A stretch of DNA of 64,000 nucleotides from Nitrosomonadales bacterium (GTDB taxonomy: Bacteria; Pseudomonadota; Gammaproteobacteria; Burkholderiales; Gallionellaceae), in NCBI GenBank assembly GCA_947475825.1, contig CANJMS010000001.1:517-64516 (forward strand), read 5' to 3'. Shown here piece by piece: positions 48,453 through 59,570 of the stretch. The translations under genes and the position numbers were made by a program. The notes beneath the pieces are model-generated. The model had not been told where the DNA came from, searched no databases, and was given only the letters and a program-made list of their open reading frames with translations. The stretch's first letter is position 1. The number at the start of each line of letters is the position of its first letter.

Positions 48453-49766
48453 ATGAAAATTTTAGTCATCGGTTCGGGTGGGCGTGAACATGCTCTGGCA
48501 TGGCGGTTGGCGCAGGGTGCGCGCGTACAAAAAGTTTTTGTTGCACCAGGTAATGCGGGTACGTCGCATGAGGACGGCGTGGAGAATATCGTGCTCGCCA
48601 GTATTTCTGAGCTCGTTGCATTCGCGCAACGCGAGCAAATTTATTTCACGGTAGTCGGCCCGGAAGCACCTTTAGCAGCGGGTATAGTAGATAGCTTCCG
48701 TGCTGCCGGGTTGAAAATTTTTGGTCCCACGCAAGCCGCCGCGCAACTTGAATCCTCCAAGGATTTCGCCAAAGCATTTATGCGGCGACATAATATTCCC
48801 ACAGCCGCACACCAAACTTTTAGCGATGCTATTTCGGCGCATGAGTATATAAATACTCGCGGCGCGCCCATTGTGATTAAGGCGGACGGACTGGCGGCAG
48901 GCAAGGGCGTCGTGGTGGCGATGAATTTGGATGAGGCGCATCAGGCTGTCGACATGATGTTTGCCGGCAATAAATTACGCGATGCCCTGTCTGGTGCTGA
49001 TCAAAAAGAAAGCTCGAAAGTGGTAATCGAGGAATTTCTCGAAGGTGAGGAAGCCAGCTTCATCGTAATGGTCGATGGCAAAAACATTTTGCCGTTGGCC
49101 ACCAGCCAGGATCACAAACGTTTATTTGATGGGGATCTCGGCCCCAATACTGGCGGCATGGGCGCATATTCTCCCGCGCCGATTGTTACCCCAAAGATTC
49201 ATGCGCGGATTATGCGGGAGATTATTCAACCCGCCGTGCAAGGCATGGAAAAAGAAGGGCGCACATATACCGGATTTTTATATGCGGGTGTGATGATTGA
49301 CCCGCAGGGCAATGTCAAAACGCTGGAATTTAATTGCCGCATGGGGGATCCTGAAACGCAACCGATTTTGCTGCGCCTGAAAAACGATTTGATGGAAATA
49401 TTGAATCATGCGGTGCATGGCACGTTGGATAAAGTTGAGCCACAATGGGATCGTCGGACTGCTCTTGGAGTGGTGCTGGCTGCGGCTAATTATCCCGGTA
49501 CGCCGCGCACGGGGGATATTATTTCCGGCGCTGTGATTGCTGATTCGGACAAGCAGCCAGAAGATGCGCATGTTTTTCACGCGGCAACTGCAGAGCGTGA
49601 CGGTAATATTGTCACTAATGGCGGACGAGTTTTATGCGTAACGGCATTGGGTGATAGCGTAAAAATGGCACAGCGTCGCGCTTATCAGATTGCCGATACG
49701 ATACATTTTGAGGGCTGTCAGATGCGTCGCGACATTGGCTATCGCGCCATTGCTGTGAAGAAATAA
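48453..49766 (+). CDS. purD: Phosphoribosylamine-glycine ligase
   Basis: MKILVIGSGGREHALAWRL..., full length. Confidence 0.95.
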   Translation: MKILVIGSGGREHALAWRLAQGARVQKVFVAPGNAGTSHEDGVENIVLASISELVAFAQREQIYFTVVGPEAPLAAGIVDSFRAAGLKIFGPTQAAAQLESSKDFAKAFMRRHNIPTAAHQTFSDAISAHEYINTRGAPIVIKADGLAAGKGVVVAMNLDEAHQAVDMMFAGNKLRDALSGADQKESSKVVIEEFLEGEEASFIVMVDGKNILPLATSQDHKRLFDGDLGPNTGGMGAYSPAPIVTPKIHARIMREIIQPAVQGMEKEGRTYTGFLYAGVMIDPQGNVKTLEFNCRMGDPETQPILLRLKNDLMEILNHAVHGTLDKVEPQWDRRTALGVVLAAANYPGTPRTGDIISGAVIADSDKQPEDAHVFHAATAERDGNIVTNGGRVLCVTALGDSVKMAQRRAYQIADTIHFEGCQMRRDIGYRAIAVKK

Positions 49767-49819
49767 ACGTCGTTCTCCCAGCATCCATCAAGTACCCATT
49801 GGAAACCTATACTAAGTTT

Positions 49820-49866
49820 CGTCATTCCCGTCTACTCGGGAATGACGGGGGTTTGATTTTTTGGGG
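49820..49866 (+). terminator. purD terminator hairpin built from a CGTCATTCCCG...CGGGAATGACG palindromic repeat unit
   Basis: An 11-bp stem with a 6-nt loop is followed by GGGGTTTGATTTTTT. Confidence 0.6.
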
Positions 49867-49929
49867 ATGTCCCTTAGTTTATTCGCGTACTTGCCGATAT
49901 ACCAACAATCATCCGCACTCAGGTGAATC

Positions 49930-51417
49930 ATGGATAATTTTCTTGGCATTGTTTCATACGGTTTTGGCACGATTTTAGGTTTCACTTTAATCCTGCTCAT
50001 CCTGTTTTTATTCGTGCGCGACATTACGCAGAAAAAACATTCCGTACTCCGCAACTATCCAGTGATTGGCAGGTTGCGATATTTTTTTGAGAGCCAGGGG
50101 GATTATTTTCGGCAATATTTTTTCACCAGTGACCGTGAAGAAATGCCTTTCAATCGCGCCACGCGCTCTTGGGTATACCGTACCGCTAAAGGCGAAGGTG
50201 GCATCATCGGATTTGGCTCAACCAACGATTTACGCGAACCCGGATCGATTATTTTTGTGAACGCGGGCTTCCCCGTGCTGGAAGAAGATCTTTTGCCCAC
50301 GCCTTCTCTCATCATCGGCGCAGGGTTTTGCGCTGAGCCATTTCAGGCAAAATCCATCATCAATATCAGCGGCATGAGTTATGGCGCAATCTCCGCACCC
50401 GCTGTGCAAGCTCTTGCCAGAGGTGCGGCGCAGGCAGGTTGCTGGATGGATACGGGCGAGGGCGGGTTGTCGCATTATCATTTAGAAGGCGGTTGCGATT
50501 TGATTATGCAAATTGGCACAGCAAAATATGGCGTGCGCGATGCACAGGGGCGGCTTTCTAAAGAACGCATTATTGAATTAGGCAAGGTGGTGAAAGCTTT
50601 CGAAATAAAATTGTCGCAAGGCGCGAAACCGGGCAAGGGCGGGGTGTTGCCGGGCGCTAAAGTCACTGCAGAAATTGCTCGCATACGCGGCATCCCTGAA
50701 GGTGAAGATTCGATCAGCCCGAACAGGCATTACGACATTGCAAATATCGATCAACTGCTCGATCAAATCGTTCAAGTGCGCGAATGGGGCGGGCGGCCTG
50801 TCGGGGTTAAATCCGCCATTGGCGGTTGGCAATTTATCAATGAGCTTTGTGAGGCAGTGCAACGTCGCGGCTTGGAATTTGCTCCAGATTTTTTGGCCAT
50901 CGACGGTGGCGAAGGCGGCAGTGGCGCTGCCCCACAAACCCTGGCCGATCACATGGGCCTGTCCATAGGCGAGGCCTTGCCACGTGTGGTGGATGCACTG
51001 TTGGAGGCTGGACTAAAGCAGCGCATTCGCGTGGTGGCATCGGGTAAATTGGTCAACTCGGCGCGTGCGGCTTGGGCACTGTGTGCGGGCGCGGATTTTG
51101 TAAATACCGCGCGCGGTTTTATGTTTTCGCTAGGCTGCCTGCAGGCATTGCGCTGCCACACCAACGCTTGTCCAACCGGTATTACTACGCATAATAAACG
51201 CTTGCAGCGTGGACTGGTGGTTGAAGAAAAATATTTGCGCGTGGCGAATTACGCAAAAAATATGAATCACGAAATCGACATGATCGCGCACTCGTGCGGC
51301 GTGCGTCATGCGCGCGAACTGCGCCGTGAACATGTGCGTATGGTGCAAACTGCGCATCACAGCACCGCGCTGAATATGCTGTATCCATATCCAATGCCAG
51401 AGGATAGGCGCGGGTAG
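49930..51417 (+). CDS. FMN-binding glutamate synthase family protein (GltB domain-2-like), membrane-anchored
   Basis: N-terminal TM helix; …ISGMSYGAIS…KLSQGAKPGKGGVLPG…DGGEGGSGAAP… motifs. Confidence 0.85.
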   Translation: MDNFLGIVSYGFGTILGFTLILLILFLFVRDITQKKHSVLRNYPVIGRLRYFFESQGDYFRQYFFTSDREEMPFNRATRSWVYRTAKGEGGIIGFGSTNDLREPGSIIFVNAGFPVLEEDLLPTPSLIIGAGFCAEPFQAKSIINISGMSYGAISAPAVQALARGAAQAGCWMDTGEGGLSHYHLEGGCDLIMQIGTAKYGVRDAQGRLSKERIIELGKVVKAFEIKLSQGAKPGKGGVLPGAKVTAEIARIRGIPEGEDSISPNRHYDIANIDQLLDQIVQVREWGGRPVGVKSAIGGWQFINELCEAVQRRGLEFAPDFLAIDGGEGGSGAAPQTLADHMGLSIGEALPRVVDALLEAGLKQRIRVVASGKLVNSARAAWALCAGADFVNTARGFMFSLGCLQALRCHTNACPTGITTHNKRLQRGLVVEEKYLRVANYAKNMNHEIDMIAHSCGVRHARELRREHVRMVQTAHHSTALNMLYPYPMPEDRRG

Positions 51418-51497
51418 CGCACTTATTATTAAGCGCCAACGTTTACCCACACTGGTGGTAAAATTCCGCTCAACTTAAATTTTATCCTGAAGGACTT

Positions 51498-52394
51498 ATG
51501 GACAGTGCCGCTGTTAAAGAATATTTATTCAATTTGCAGGATTTGATCGTTTCTCGCCTGGAGCAAGTTGATGGTAAAAAATTCCTGCGCGATAGCTGGG
51601 TTCGTCCTGAAGGCGGTGGCGGGCGCAGTTGTATTTTAGAACAAGGCAACGTGTTAGAGCGTGGCGGGGTGGGATTTTCACATGTTATGGGAGATAAGAT
51701 GCCGCCCTCGGCCACGGCGCATCGCCCGGAGTTGGCGGGCAGTCGCTGGGAAGCGATGGGCGTGTCGCTGGTATTTCATCCGCACAATCCGCACGCGCCC
51801 ACGGTGCATATGAATGTGCGTATGTTCATGGCGATTCGCCCCGATGGGCTCACAGCTTTTTGGTTTGGCGGCGGCATGGATTTAACGCCTTATTATGGTT
51901 ATGCCGAAGATGCAGTGCATTTCCATCAAATATGTAAAAACGCACTTGATCCGTTTGGCGCGCATCTACACCCGAAATATAAAAAGTGGTGTGATGATTA
52001 TTTTTTCATGAAACATCGTAACGAGCAGCGCGGCATTGGCGGTATATTTTTTGATGACGTGAGTGAGCCGGATTTCGACACAGCTTTCGCCATTCAGCAA
52101 AGTGTTGGCGATCACTTTTTGTCGGCCTATATTCCCATTCTGGAGCGGCGCATTCATACTCCATTTGGCGAGCAGGAGCGAGATTTTCAACTTTACCGGC
52201 GTGGTCGCTATGTGGAATTTAATCTGGTGGTCGATCGCGGCACTATTTTTGGCTTGCAAAGCAATGGCCGCACCGAGTCCATTTTGATGTCCATTCCGCC
52301 TTTAGTGAAATGGCGTTACAACTGGCATCCGAAAAAGGGAACGGCCGAAGCAAAGTTGTATGAGGAATTTTTGATTCCTAAAAATTGGGTCTGA
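51498..52394 (+). CDS. hemF: Oxygen-dependent coproporphyrinogen-III oxidase
   Basis: …[15 protein letters not shown]…[21 protein letters not shown]…[10 protein letters not shown]… motifs. Confidence 0.9.
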   Translation: MDSAAVKEYLFNLQDLIVSRLEQVDGKKFLRDSWVRPEGGGGRSCILEQGNVLERGGVGFSHVMGDKMPPSATAHRPELAGSRWEAMGVSLVFHPHNPHAPTVHMNVRMFMAIRPDGLTAFWFGGGMDLTPYYGYAEDAVHFHQICKNALDPFGAHLHPKYKKWCDDYFFMKHRNEQRGIGGIFFDDVSEPDFDTAFAIQQSVGDHFLSAYIPILERRIHTPFGEQERDFQLYRRGRYVEFNLVVDRGTIFGLQSNGRTESILMSIPPLVKWRYNWHPKKGTAEAKLYEEFLIPKNWV

Positions 52395-52632
52395 ATCAGT
52401 GCCTCTCTAGGCAAGGGCGGCGCTTGTTTGACACCATCGAACAGACACCGAGTGCCCTGCTCGATTACGAAGTAGACCTGATTGGGTTTGATTCCCGCTT
52501 TAACAAAGATGACGCCAGTGCTGCCGCCTACTCGCACACTATAATGCTCCAGGCCCTACAGCCGATCTCTCATCAGTGATCTCGACATGGGGCGTGCCGA
52601 CCCATTATTTTTCCTCGCATAAGGAAAACTCC

Positions 52633-53871
52633 TTACATATGCTTAATCATCGCCTCGCCAAAAGCCGAGCAGGATACTTCCGTTGCATCTTTGGTTAACC
52701 GCGCAAAATCGTAAGTCACCGTCTTCGCGGCTATTGCGCCATTCATACCCGTGATAATCAAATCCGCCGCTTCCAGCCAACCCATGTGGCGCAGCATCAT
52801 TTCAGCAGACAAAATCAACGAGCCAGGATTCACATAATTTTTACCCGCATATTTTGGGGCGGTGCCGTGCGTGGCTTCAAACATGGCGATGCTGTCAGAC
52901 AGATTTGCACCCGGAGCAATGCCGATGCCGCCGACTTCTGCGGCTAGGGCATCGGAGATGTAATCACCATTCAAATTCAAGGTGGCGATGACATCATACT
53001 CAGCAGGGCGCAACAAAATTTGCTGTAAGAATGCATCGGCAATCACGTCTTTAATAATAATGCCATTCGGCAATTTTACCCACGGTCCGCCGTCAATTTC
53101 CACGCCGCCGAATTCGCGCTTGGCCAATTCGTAGCCCCACTTTTTGAAGCCGCCTTCGGTGAACTTCATGATATTGCCTTTGTGAACCAGTGTGACGGAT
53201 TGGCGTTTGTTGTCGATGGCGTATTGAATGGCGCGACGTATTAGCCGCTCACTGCCATCAATTGAAACAGGTTTGATGCCAATGGCTGAAGAAGCCGGGA
53301 AGCGAATTTTTGTCACGCCCATTTCATTTTGTAAAAAGTTGATAATTTTTTTAGCTTCAGGCGAGCCAGCTTCCCACTCGATGCCTGCATAAATATCCTC
53401 GGTGTTTTCGCGAAAAATCACCATGTCCACTTTTTCTGGCGCGATCACTGGTGTAGGAATACCCTTGAACCAGCGCACTGGGCGCAGACACACATATAAG
53501 TCCAGCAATTGCCGCAAAGCCACATTCAATGAACGCATCCCGCCAGAGGTGGGCGTGGTGAGCGGGCCTTTAATCGACACAATATAGTCGCGCACTGCCT
53601 GTACGGTTTCGTCAGGCAGCCATTGGTCAGCCCCATATATCCGCACCGATTTTTCTCCGGCATACACTTCCATCCAGGCAATTTGCCGCTTTCCGCCATA
53701 GGCTTTCGCCACTGCAGCATCCACCACTTTGCGCATGACTGGAGTGATGTCCACTCCGGTTCCATCACCTTCAATAAACGGGATGATAGGTTGGTTCGGA
53801 ACATTTAATGTGGAGTCAGAATTGAGGGTAATTTTTTGGCCTTGTGCAGGTATTTTGATGTGTTGAGTCAT
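52633..53871 (-). CDS. icd: NADP-dependent isocitrate dehydrogenase
   Basis: …[10 protein letters not shown]…SLNVALRQ…[10 protein letters not shown]… motifs; 412 aa. Confidence 0.95.
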   Translation of the reverse strand: MTQHIKIPAQGQKITLNSDSTLNVPNQPIIPFIEGDGTGVDITPVMRKVVDAAVAKAYGGKRQIAWMEVYAGEKSVRIYGADQWLPDETVQAVRDYIVSIKGPLTTPTSGGMRSLNVALRQLLDLYVCLRPVRWFKGIPTPVIAPEKVDMVIFRENTEDIYAGIEWEAGSPEAKKIINFLQNEMGVTKIRFPASSAIGIKPVSIDGSERLIRRAIQYAIDNKRQSVTLVHKGNIMKFTEGGFKKWGYELAKREFGGVEIDGGPWVKLPNGIIIKDVIADAFLQQILLRPAEYDVIATLNLNGDYISDALAAEVGGIGIAPGANLSDSIAMFEATHGTAPKYAGKNYVNPGSLILSAEMMLRHMGWLEAADLIITGMNGAIAAKTVTYDFARLTKDATEVSCSAFGEAMIKHM

Positions 53872-54109
53872 GTAACATATCTCCGGTGTGATGTTGCAGG
53901 AATTTTGAATTGGTTCACGCAGCAGTAAATTTAATGAGGCTGCATAGTATGACTACGGCTGCTACAGGCGGATTATAACGCGCTTCGTGCAGGGTCGTTC
54001 TGGTAGTGTTGTTATGGTTTAGTGAGGCTGACCAAACAGGTACAGGCATCAGATGTCCAGCTGAAGTATAATATTAAACCCATTTTATTACATAGTTCCA
54101 GGAGAAAAA

Positions 54110-54406
54110 ATGCCTATTTATGAGTATCGTTGCAGTAGCTGCGGGGCGCAAAAGGATGTCTTGCAGAAAATAAATGACGCGCCTTTGGTTAATTGCCCAG
54201 TTTGTCAGCAAGCAACTTTCACCAAGCAAATTTCAGCCGCCGGTTTTCAGCTAAAAGGAAGTGGATGGTATGCCACGGACTTTAAAAATTCTGGTAGCAA
54301 GCCCCAGCCCAGTACGCAAGGCAAGTCTGAAGTGCCCGTTAAGTCCGAAACGTCAGCTAAGTCTGAAATGCCGACCAGCAATCCGGTAGTGGTTGCTAAT
54401 ACGTGA
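54110..54406 (+). CDS. FmdB-family zinc-ribbon protein
   Basis: MPIYEYRCSSCG...CPVC. Confidence 0.8.
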   Translation: MPIYEYRCSSCGAQKDVLQKINDAPLVNCPVCQQATFTKQISAAGFQLKGSGWYATDFKNSGSKPQPSTQGKSEVPVKSETSAKSEMPTSNPVVVANT

Positions 54407-55026
54407 AAAAATACCTACTTACCGGGCTGCTGGTTTGGATACCCATTGGGATTACCCTGTGGGTATTGAATCTTGTTGTCGGCACGTTGGATCAATCTTT
54501 GCTGCTGTTACCTGTTGAGTGGAGACCGCAAAGATTTCTGGGCATCAACATACCCGGGATCGGAACCCTATTATCTTTAATAGTGGTGCTGGTTACGGGG
54601 TTGCTCGCGCGAAACATTTTTGGGCAGCAATTGCTGCGGTACTGGGAAGGTCTATTGCACCGCATTCCAGTGGTGAACAGTATCTACAACAGCGTCAAGC
54701 AGGTCAGCGACACCCTGCTGTCCAGTAACGGACAATCATTCCGTAAAGTTCTGTTGGTGCGCTATCCGCATCCTGAAGCGTGGTCGTTGGCTTTTCAGAC
54801 CACCGTTCCAGGTGATGTCAGGCAGCAATTAAATGAAGAGTATGTAGGTGTATTTATTCCGACCGCGCCAAGCCCGGTGAACGGATTTTATTTTTATGTG
54901 CGTAAAGCCGATACCATCGAGCTCAATATGAACGTTGATGCTGCGCTGAAAACAATTATCTCGATGGGCGTGGTTGCGCAGGATGCAAGCCCCGCTCCCA
55001 TCGAATCCATTAAAAAATTAGACTGA
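54403..55026 (+). CDS. DUF502 membrane protein
   Basis: GTGA overlap with the upstream gene. Two N-terminal TM helices; …IPVVNSIYNSVKQV… motif. Confidence 0.8.
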   Translation: MKKYLLTGLLVWIPIGITLWVLNLVVGTLDQSLLLLPVEWRPQRFLGINIPGIGTLLSLIVVLVTGLLARNIFGQQLLRYWEGLLHRIPVVNSIYNSVKQVSDTLLSSNGQSFRKVLLVRYPHPEAWSLAFQTTVPGDVRQQLNEEYVGVFIPTAPSPVNGFYFYVRKADTIELNMNVDAALKTIISMGVVAQDASPAPIESIKKLD

Positions 55027-55044
55027 ATCGAACTGAACTAAATT

Positions 55045-56841
55045 ATGCGGACAAATTACTGCGGGCAATTGAATGTTTCAAATCTGGGTCAGACCGTTAC
55101 GTTGTGCGGCTGGGCGCAGCGCCGTCGGGATCATGGCGGGGTAATTTTTATCGACTTGCGTGATCGTGACGGCATCGTGCAAATCGTGTGCGATCCTGAT
55201 CGTGCAGATATGTTCGCCATTGCCGAGTTAGTGCGGAGCGAGTTTGTGTTGCGAATTATTGGCCGTGTGCGCCGTCGTCCAGAAGGCAGCGACAATGCCA
55301 ATATAGGCAGCGGAGAAATTGAGGTGCTGTGTCAAAGCATAGAGGTATTAAACGCGGCCTTGACCCCGCCTTTTCAACTAGACGATGAAAATTTATCCGA
55401 GAACGTGCGCTTGACTCACCGTGTCATTGATTTGCGCCGTCCGCAGATGCAAAAAAACATGAAGCTGCGTTATAAAACAGCCATGGCTTTTCGCAAATTT
55501 CTGGATGCACATGACTTCATCGATATTGAAACGCCGATGTTGACCAAGTCCACACCGGAAGGCGCACGCGATTATCTTGTGCCTTCGCGCGTACATGCAG
55601 GTGAATTTTTTGCATTGCCGCAGTCCCCGCAATTATTTAAACAAATGCTCATGGTGGCGGGCTTCGATCGCTATTACCAAATAACCAAATGTTTTCGCGA
55701 TGAAGATTTGCGCGCGGATCGGCAGCCGGAATTTACGCAAGTGGATATTGAAACTTCGTTCATGAGCGAAGAAGAAATCATGGTGCTAATCGAAGAAATG
55801 TTACGCACCGTGTTTAGAGAAGTCATGAACGTCAAGCTGCCCAGCCCTTTCCCGCGTATGAGCCATGCGGAAGCCATGGCGCGTTTTGGTTCGGACAAAC
55901 CGGATATGCGCGTCACACTGGAAATTGTTGATGTCACGGCGGCGGTCAAAGATGTCGCGTTTAAAGTATTTTCCACGCCCGCGAATTCTGCCGATGGACG
56001 GGTGGCGGCTTTGCGTATTCCCGGTGGCGGCACGCTTACGCGCGGCGAGATTGATGAATATACAAAATTTGTCGGCATCTATGGCGCACGCGGTTTGGCT
56101 TATATTAAGGTCAACGATGTCACGCAACTTAATGAAACGGGCTTGCAATCGCCTATCGTTAAAAACCTGAACGTGCCTGCGCTCAAAGCCATCATGGCTG
56201 GTACGGGGGCACAAAACGGTGATTTAATTTTCTTCGGTGCGGACAAAGCAAAAGTTGTGAACGATGCACTGGGCGCATTACGCACCAAAATCGGCCATGA
56301 GAAAAACTATATTAACGGCGCAGTATGGATGCCGCTGTGGGTGGTGGATTTTCCTATGTTTGAATATGACGATGAAGCCAAGCGTTGGAACGCTTGTCAC
56401 CATCCTTTTACCGCACCTAAAGATGAACATTTGACGTTGTTGGATACTGATCCGGGTAAGTGTCTGGCCAAGGCCTATGATCTGGCGCTCAACGGCTGGG
56501 AAATCGGCGGTGGATCAGTGCGTATACACAAGGAGGAAGTGCAGAGTAAAGTGTTCCGTGCGCTAAATATCGGTGCAGAAGAAGCGCAACTAAAATTTGG
56601 CTTCTTGCTGGAAGCCTTGCAATACGGCGCGCCGCCGCACGGGGGCTTGGCTTTTGGTCTGGATCGTATCGTGACCATGATGGCGGGGGCAGAATCCATA
56701 CGCGATGTGATCGCCTTCCCTAAAACACAACGCGCGCAATGTCTGCTGACGCAAGCCCCTTCAGCAGTAGATGAGAAGCAGTTACGCGAATTGCATATTC
56801 GTTTGCGTCAGCCCGCGAAGGTGGACGTTGCTAAAGAGTAA
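55045..56841 (+). CDS. aspS: Aspartate-tRNA ligase
   Basis: MRTNYCGQL...[19 protein letters not shown]...; class II motifs; 598 aa. Confidence 0.95.
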   Translation: MRTNYCGQLNVSNLGQTVTLCGWAQRRRDHGGVIFIDLRDRDGIVQIVCDPDRADMFAIAELVRSEFVLRIIGRVRRRPEGSDNANIGSGEIEVLCQSIEVLNAALTPPFQLDDENLSENVRLTHRVIDLRRPQMQKNMKLRYKTAMAFRKFLDAHDFIDIETPMLTKSTPEGARDYLVPSRVHAGEFFALPQSPQLFKQMLMVAGFDRYYQITKCFRDEDLRADRQPEFTQVDIETSFMSEEEIMVLIEEMLRTVFREVMNVKLPSPFPRMSHAEAMARFGSDKPDMRVTLEIVDVTAAVKDVAFKVFSTPANSADGRVAALRIPGGGTLTRGEIDEYTKFVGIYGARGLAYIKVNDVTQLNETGLQSPIVKNLNVPALKAIMAGTGAQNGDLIFFGADKAKVVNDALGALRTKIGHEKNYINGAVWMPLWVVDFPMFEYDDEAKRWNACHHPFTAPKDEHLTLLDTDPGKCLAKAYDLALNGWEIGGGSVRIHKEEVQSKVFRALNIGAEEAQLKFGFLLEALQYGAPPHGGLAFGLDRIVTMMAGAESIRDVIAFPKTQRAQCLLTQAPSAVDEKQLRELHIRLRQPAKVDVAKE

Positions 56842-56869
56842 ACGAGGGAAAATAAAATGCGGGATAGTC

Positions 56870-56912
56870 CAAGCCAGGAGAATCAAGCCAGGAGAATCAA
56901 GCCAGGGAGAAT
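56870..56912. repeat. Tandem repeat, 3 units of CAAGCCAGGAGAAT (third unit has one extra G)
   Basis: Read directly: units at 56870-56883, 56884-56897 and 56898-56912. Confidence 0.85.
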
Positions 56913-56975
56913 ATAAAATCCAAGGAAAATATAAAAATTAGCCAGACGAAAAAATATTTTTTCTACGCGCTCCCC

Positions 56976-57344
56976 TTGCTTCTTGTGCTGGCGTTTTCAG
57001 CATTCTCATTTTGGACACCTGTCCATTCAGTTCAGGCGCGTAGCAATCATGCGGATGTAGCGGTAGATGCCACAACCGTCACGTTGGCCGAGTTACCCGT
57101 CGAAGCACGCGCCACGCTGCAACTCATCAAACAAGGCGGACCGTTTCCTTATGCGCGAGATGGGCTTGCGTTCAAAAATTTCGAGAAAATTTTACCCAAG
57201 CAAGCACCCGGATATTATCGTGAGTACACCGTTCAAACGCCCGGTGCGCATAATCGTGGTGCGCGGCGCATCGTTTGCGGTATGCCGCTGGAGTGTTATT
57301 ACAGCGACGATCATTATCGAACTTTCAAACGTATACATGAGTAA
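56976..57344 (+). CDS. Secreted guanyl-specific ribonuclease (barnase / RNase Sa family)
   Basis: …GGPFPYARDGLAFKNFEKILP…YYREYTVQTPG..NRGARRIV…YYSDDHYRTF… motifs, with a signal peptide. There is no in-frame ATG, so the start is TTG 56976 or a rarer upstream codon. Confidence 0.8.
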   Translation: MLLVLAFSAFSFWTPVHSVQARSNHADVAVDATTVTLAELPVEARATLQLIKQGGPFPYARDGLAFKNFEKILPKQAPGYYREYTVQTPGAHNRGARRIVCGMPLECYYSDDHYRTFKRIHE

Positions 57345-57741
57345 TGTGAGTCCGCTGGTAAATCGCTTAAAAAATATTGCCGAGGCTGGCGCGCATCAGC
57401 TAAATTGCTCGTTGGATGAGTTGCGTGCGTCGGCAGCACAGGCGCAATTTTCATTGTTTGAAGTAGATATGGCGCAATTGCAAAGCAAGGGAGAGTTCCT
57501 TGCAGAGCTTGCACAGGCAATACATGCGCCGGACTGGTTTGGAAATAATTGGGATGCTATGGCGGATGCGTTGAGTGATATATCCTGGCAACCTGCCGCA
57601 GGATACATACTTGTGCTGCATAACAGCGGCGAGCAGCAATCGCTGCCGGTGACGGATTACAGCATCATGCAGGAAATACTTTTAGACACTGTGGTGTTCT
57701 GGAAGGCGGAAGGCAAGCCGTTCTGGATTTTCTTCTGCTGA
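57337..57741 (+). CDS. Barstar-family ribonuclease inhibitor
   Basis: …FEVDMAQLQSKGEFLAELAQAIHAPDWFGNNWDAMADALSDISW… motif. 8-nt overlap with the RNase gene. Confidence 0.75.
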   Translation: MSNVSPLVNRLKNIAEAGAHQLNCSLDELRASAAQAQFSLFEVDMAQLQSKGEFLAELAQAIHAPDWFGNNWDAMADALSDISWQPAAGYILVLHNSGEQQSLPVTDYSIMQEILLDTVVFWKAEGKPFWIFFC

Positions 57742-57822
57742 ACGATTCATGCGCGCAGTACAAGTTGCTTAATACATTATCTCTAGCTTCGCAATAGAGA
57801 CCTTTGCTTCAGCTCATTAAAT

Positions 57823-59541
57823 ATGTCACTGAAACATTTCACCAGTCGCCTGCATAAAACGAGAGAGCACCTCGCCGAGCGGATCTCGCAGGTGTTGAAA
57901 TTTAACTTTTATCTTTATTTGGCTGGTGTGTTCAGCGTATTTGCGCTGTTGGATGCAACGGTATTGCATCTCACGGGGGAGATGCGGCAAGGGGCGTTTG
58001 ACATGATGGTGCGCTATCGAATCGTCGTGCCCAGGCCTGATCCCGACATCATAATTGTCGATATTAACGAGGCCAGCCTTGCCGCAATGGCGCAAGAGTA
58101 TGGCCGCTGGCCGTGGCCGCGTCAGGTGATGGGCGAGTTTCTGGAGCAGATCGAAAAGCAGCAACCGCAAGCAGTGGTGTTTGATATCTTGTTCAGCGAT
58201 GCGGACGTATTCAACGCCGACAGCGATGCGTATTTTAATGCGGCCATCGCCAAAACAAATAACACCTATTTTCCCGTGCTGAGGCTGGATCCGGCCAGCG
58301 ATAAGCTGAGTCAGATAAAACCGGACATGATCTCAGGCGTGACGCGGTTACCTGATTCTCACGTCGATATTGAAACCCAGGCTAATGCAACGGTGGCGGT
58401 GGTACTGCCGCATTTTCAGGCTGCACTCGATGGGGGTCGTCTCGGTCTGCATAACATTTATCCAGATAGTGATGGGGTGGCGCGTCGTTACAATGTTTAT
58501 CGTGCAGATTATGGCTGGAAATTGCTGACTTTGCCCGCGACCATTGCGCGCGATTTGGGCTGGCAAGAGCCGGATGCGGAGCAAGTTTTGCTTAATTGGC
58601 GTGGCAAGCCGTTTACCTATCGTTACGTCAGCTTTAGCGATGTGTACTTCGATATAGGTAATAAAGTAAAGCTGCGACCGCAGGATGAATTTAAAAATAA
58701 AATTGTCATTATCGGCTCGACCGCGCCTGGTCTGTTTGATATTAAAGCTACTCCGATGGACAGAATGTTCCCCGGGGTGGAAATTTTAGCCACGGCGATT
58801 GATAACTTTAAGCATGGCGATTCCCTGCGTTTTCCAGAGGGGCGTGTGTGGTATTTGCTGATTACGCTCGGTATTGTGTGGCTGACCGCATGGGGTTTTT
58901 ATCGTGATGCGGGGCGCGACAAAATCGATAGCCTATTTGGTTTATCGCAACTGATTTTGCTGGTCATTACCTATGCTAGTATTAATTTGACCAACACTTA
59001 TATCAACCTCACCGGGCCGGTCGCGGTGGGGTTGTTGTTTTTTTCACTGGCGCGCTTGTATGCAATGGCGACCAGCAAAGCACTTAAGCAAAATATGGTT
59101 CGTGTGACGAGCGCAAGTCAGGGAACATTGCTAGCGACGTTGCTGCTCATTCGTCTGGATAGCGAGCGTAATGTTATTCGCCCGGCGACCTTGGAAAAAA
59201 TTCGGCGTAGCCTGGAGCGTGCAGGGCAGGTCGGCAAAAGTGTGGAGATGTTAACCGGCGATCAAAAAGGCTTGTGGGGATTATTTGAAAATACATTGGC
59301 AGTTTCTTGGGTGGCCGAGGCGCAAGATGCAGCAAAGCATAGTGCAATCGAACATGACATAGCAGCAGTGCTGGCGGCATTGTCGTCTGGCTTGCGACAG
59401 TATCTGGTGCAGCCGGATAATGCGGCCAGCCATTTTGTTTATAGCGGACGTATGCATGGTGGTGTGGAAGCACCTGCGGGCTGGCGATTAATTTTTGCCG
59501 AAGCTTTGTTGGCGTGGGATAAACAAGATCGGGATAAATAA
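57823..59541 (+). CDS. CHASE2-domain membrane sensor with a non-canonical cytoplasmic C-terminal domain
   Basis: N-terminal TM, then CHASE2-like IIIVDINEASLAAMAQEYGRWPWPRQVMGEFLEQI...AVVFDILFSDAD, and three TM helices. The ~150-aa tail has no recognisable kinase, GGDEF or intact cyclase motifs. Confidence 0.75.
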   Translation: MSLKHFTSRLHKTREHLAERISQVLKFNFYLYLAGVFSVFALLDATVLHLTGEMRQGAFDMMVRYRIVVPRPDPDIIIVDINEASLAAMAQEYGRWPWPRQVMGEFLEQIEKQQPQAVVFDILFSDADVFNADSDAYFNAAIAKTNNTYFPVLRLDPASDKLSQIKPDMISGVTRLPDSHVDIETQANATVAVVLPHFQAALDGGRLGLHNIYPDSDGVARRYNVYRADYGWKLLTLPATIARDLGWQEPDAEQVLLNWRGKPFTYRYVSFSDVYFDIGNKVKLRPQDEFKNKIVIIGSTAPGLFDIKATPMDRMFPGVEILATAIDNFKHGDSLRFPEGRVWYLLITLGIVWLTAWGFYRDAGRDKIDSLFGLSQLILLVITYASINLTNTYINLTGPVAVGLLFFSLARLYAMATSKALKQNMVRVTSASQGTLLATLLLIRLDSERNVIRPATLEKIRRSLERAGQVGKSVEMLTGDQKGLWGLFENTLAVSWVAEAQDAAKHSAIEHDIAAVLAALSSGLRQYLVQPDNAASHFVYSGRMHGGVEAPAGWRLIFAEALLAWDKQDRDK

Positions 59542-59570
59542 AACCGAGATAAATAAAAAAGGGAAATCAA

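Noticed and set aside
52385-52632. A 64-aa ORF ([43 protein letters not shown]...) sits in the 238-nt convergent spacer between hemF and icd.
   Set aside because: I recognise no family. It overlaps the hemF stop and has no convincing RBS. It might be a gene remnant, but I cannot support any call from the sequence alone.
56870-56912. The 14-bp tandem repeats were considered as a possible mini CRISPR array.
   Set aside because: The units are directly adjacent with no spacers, only 3 units are present, and there is no cas gene. This is a simple tandem repeat.
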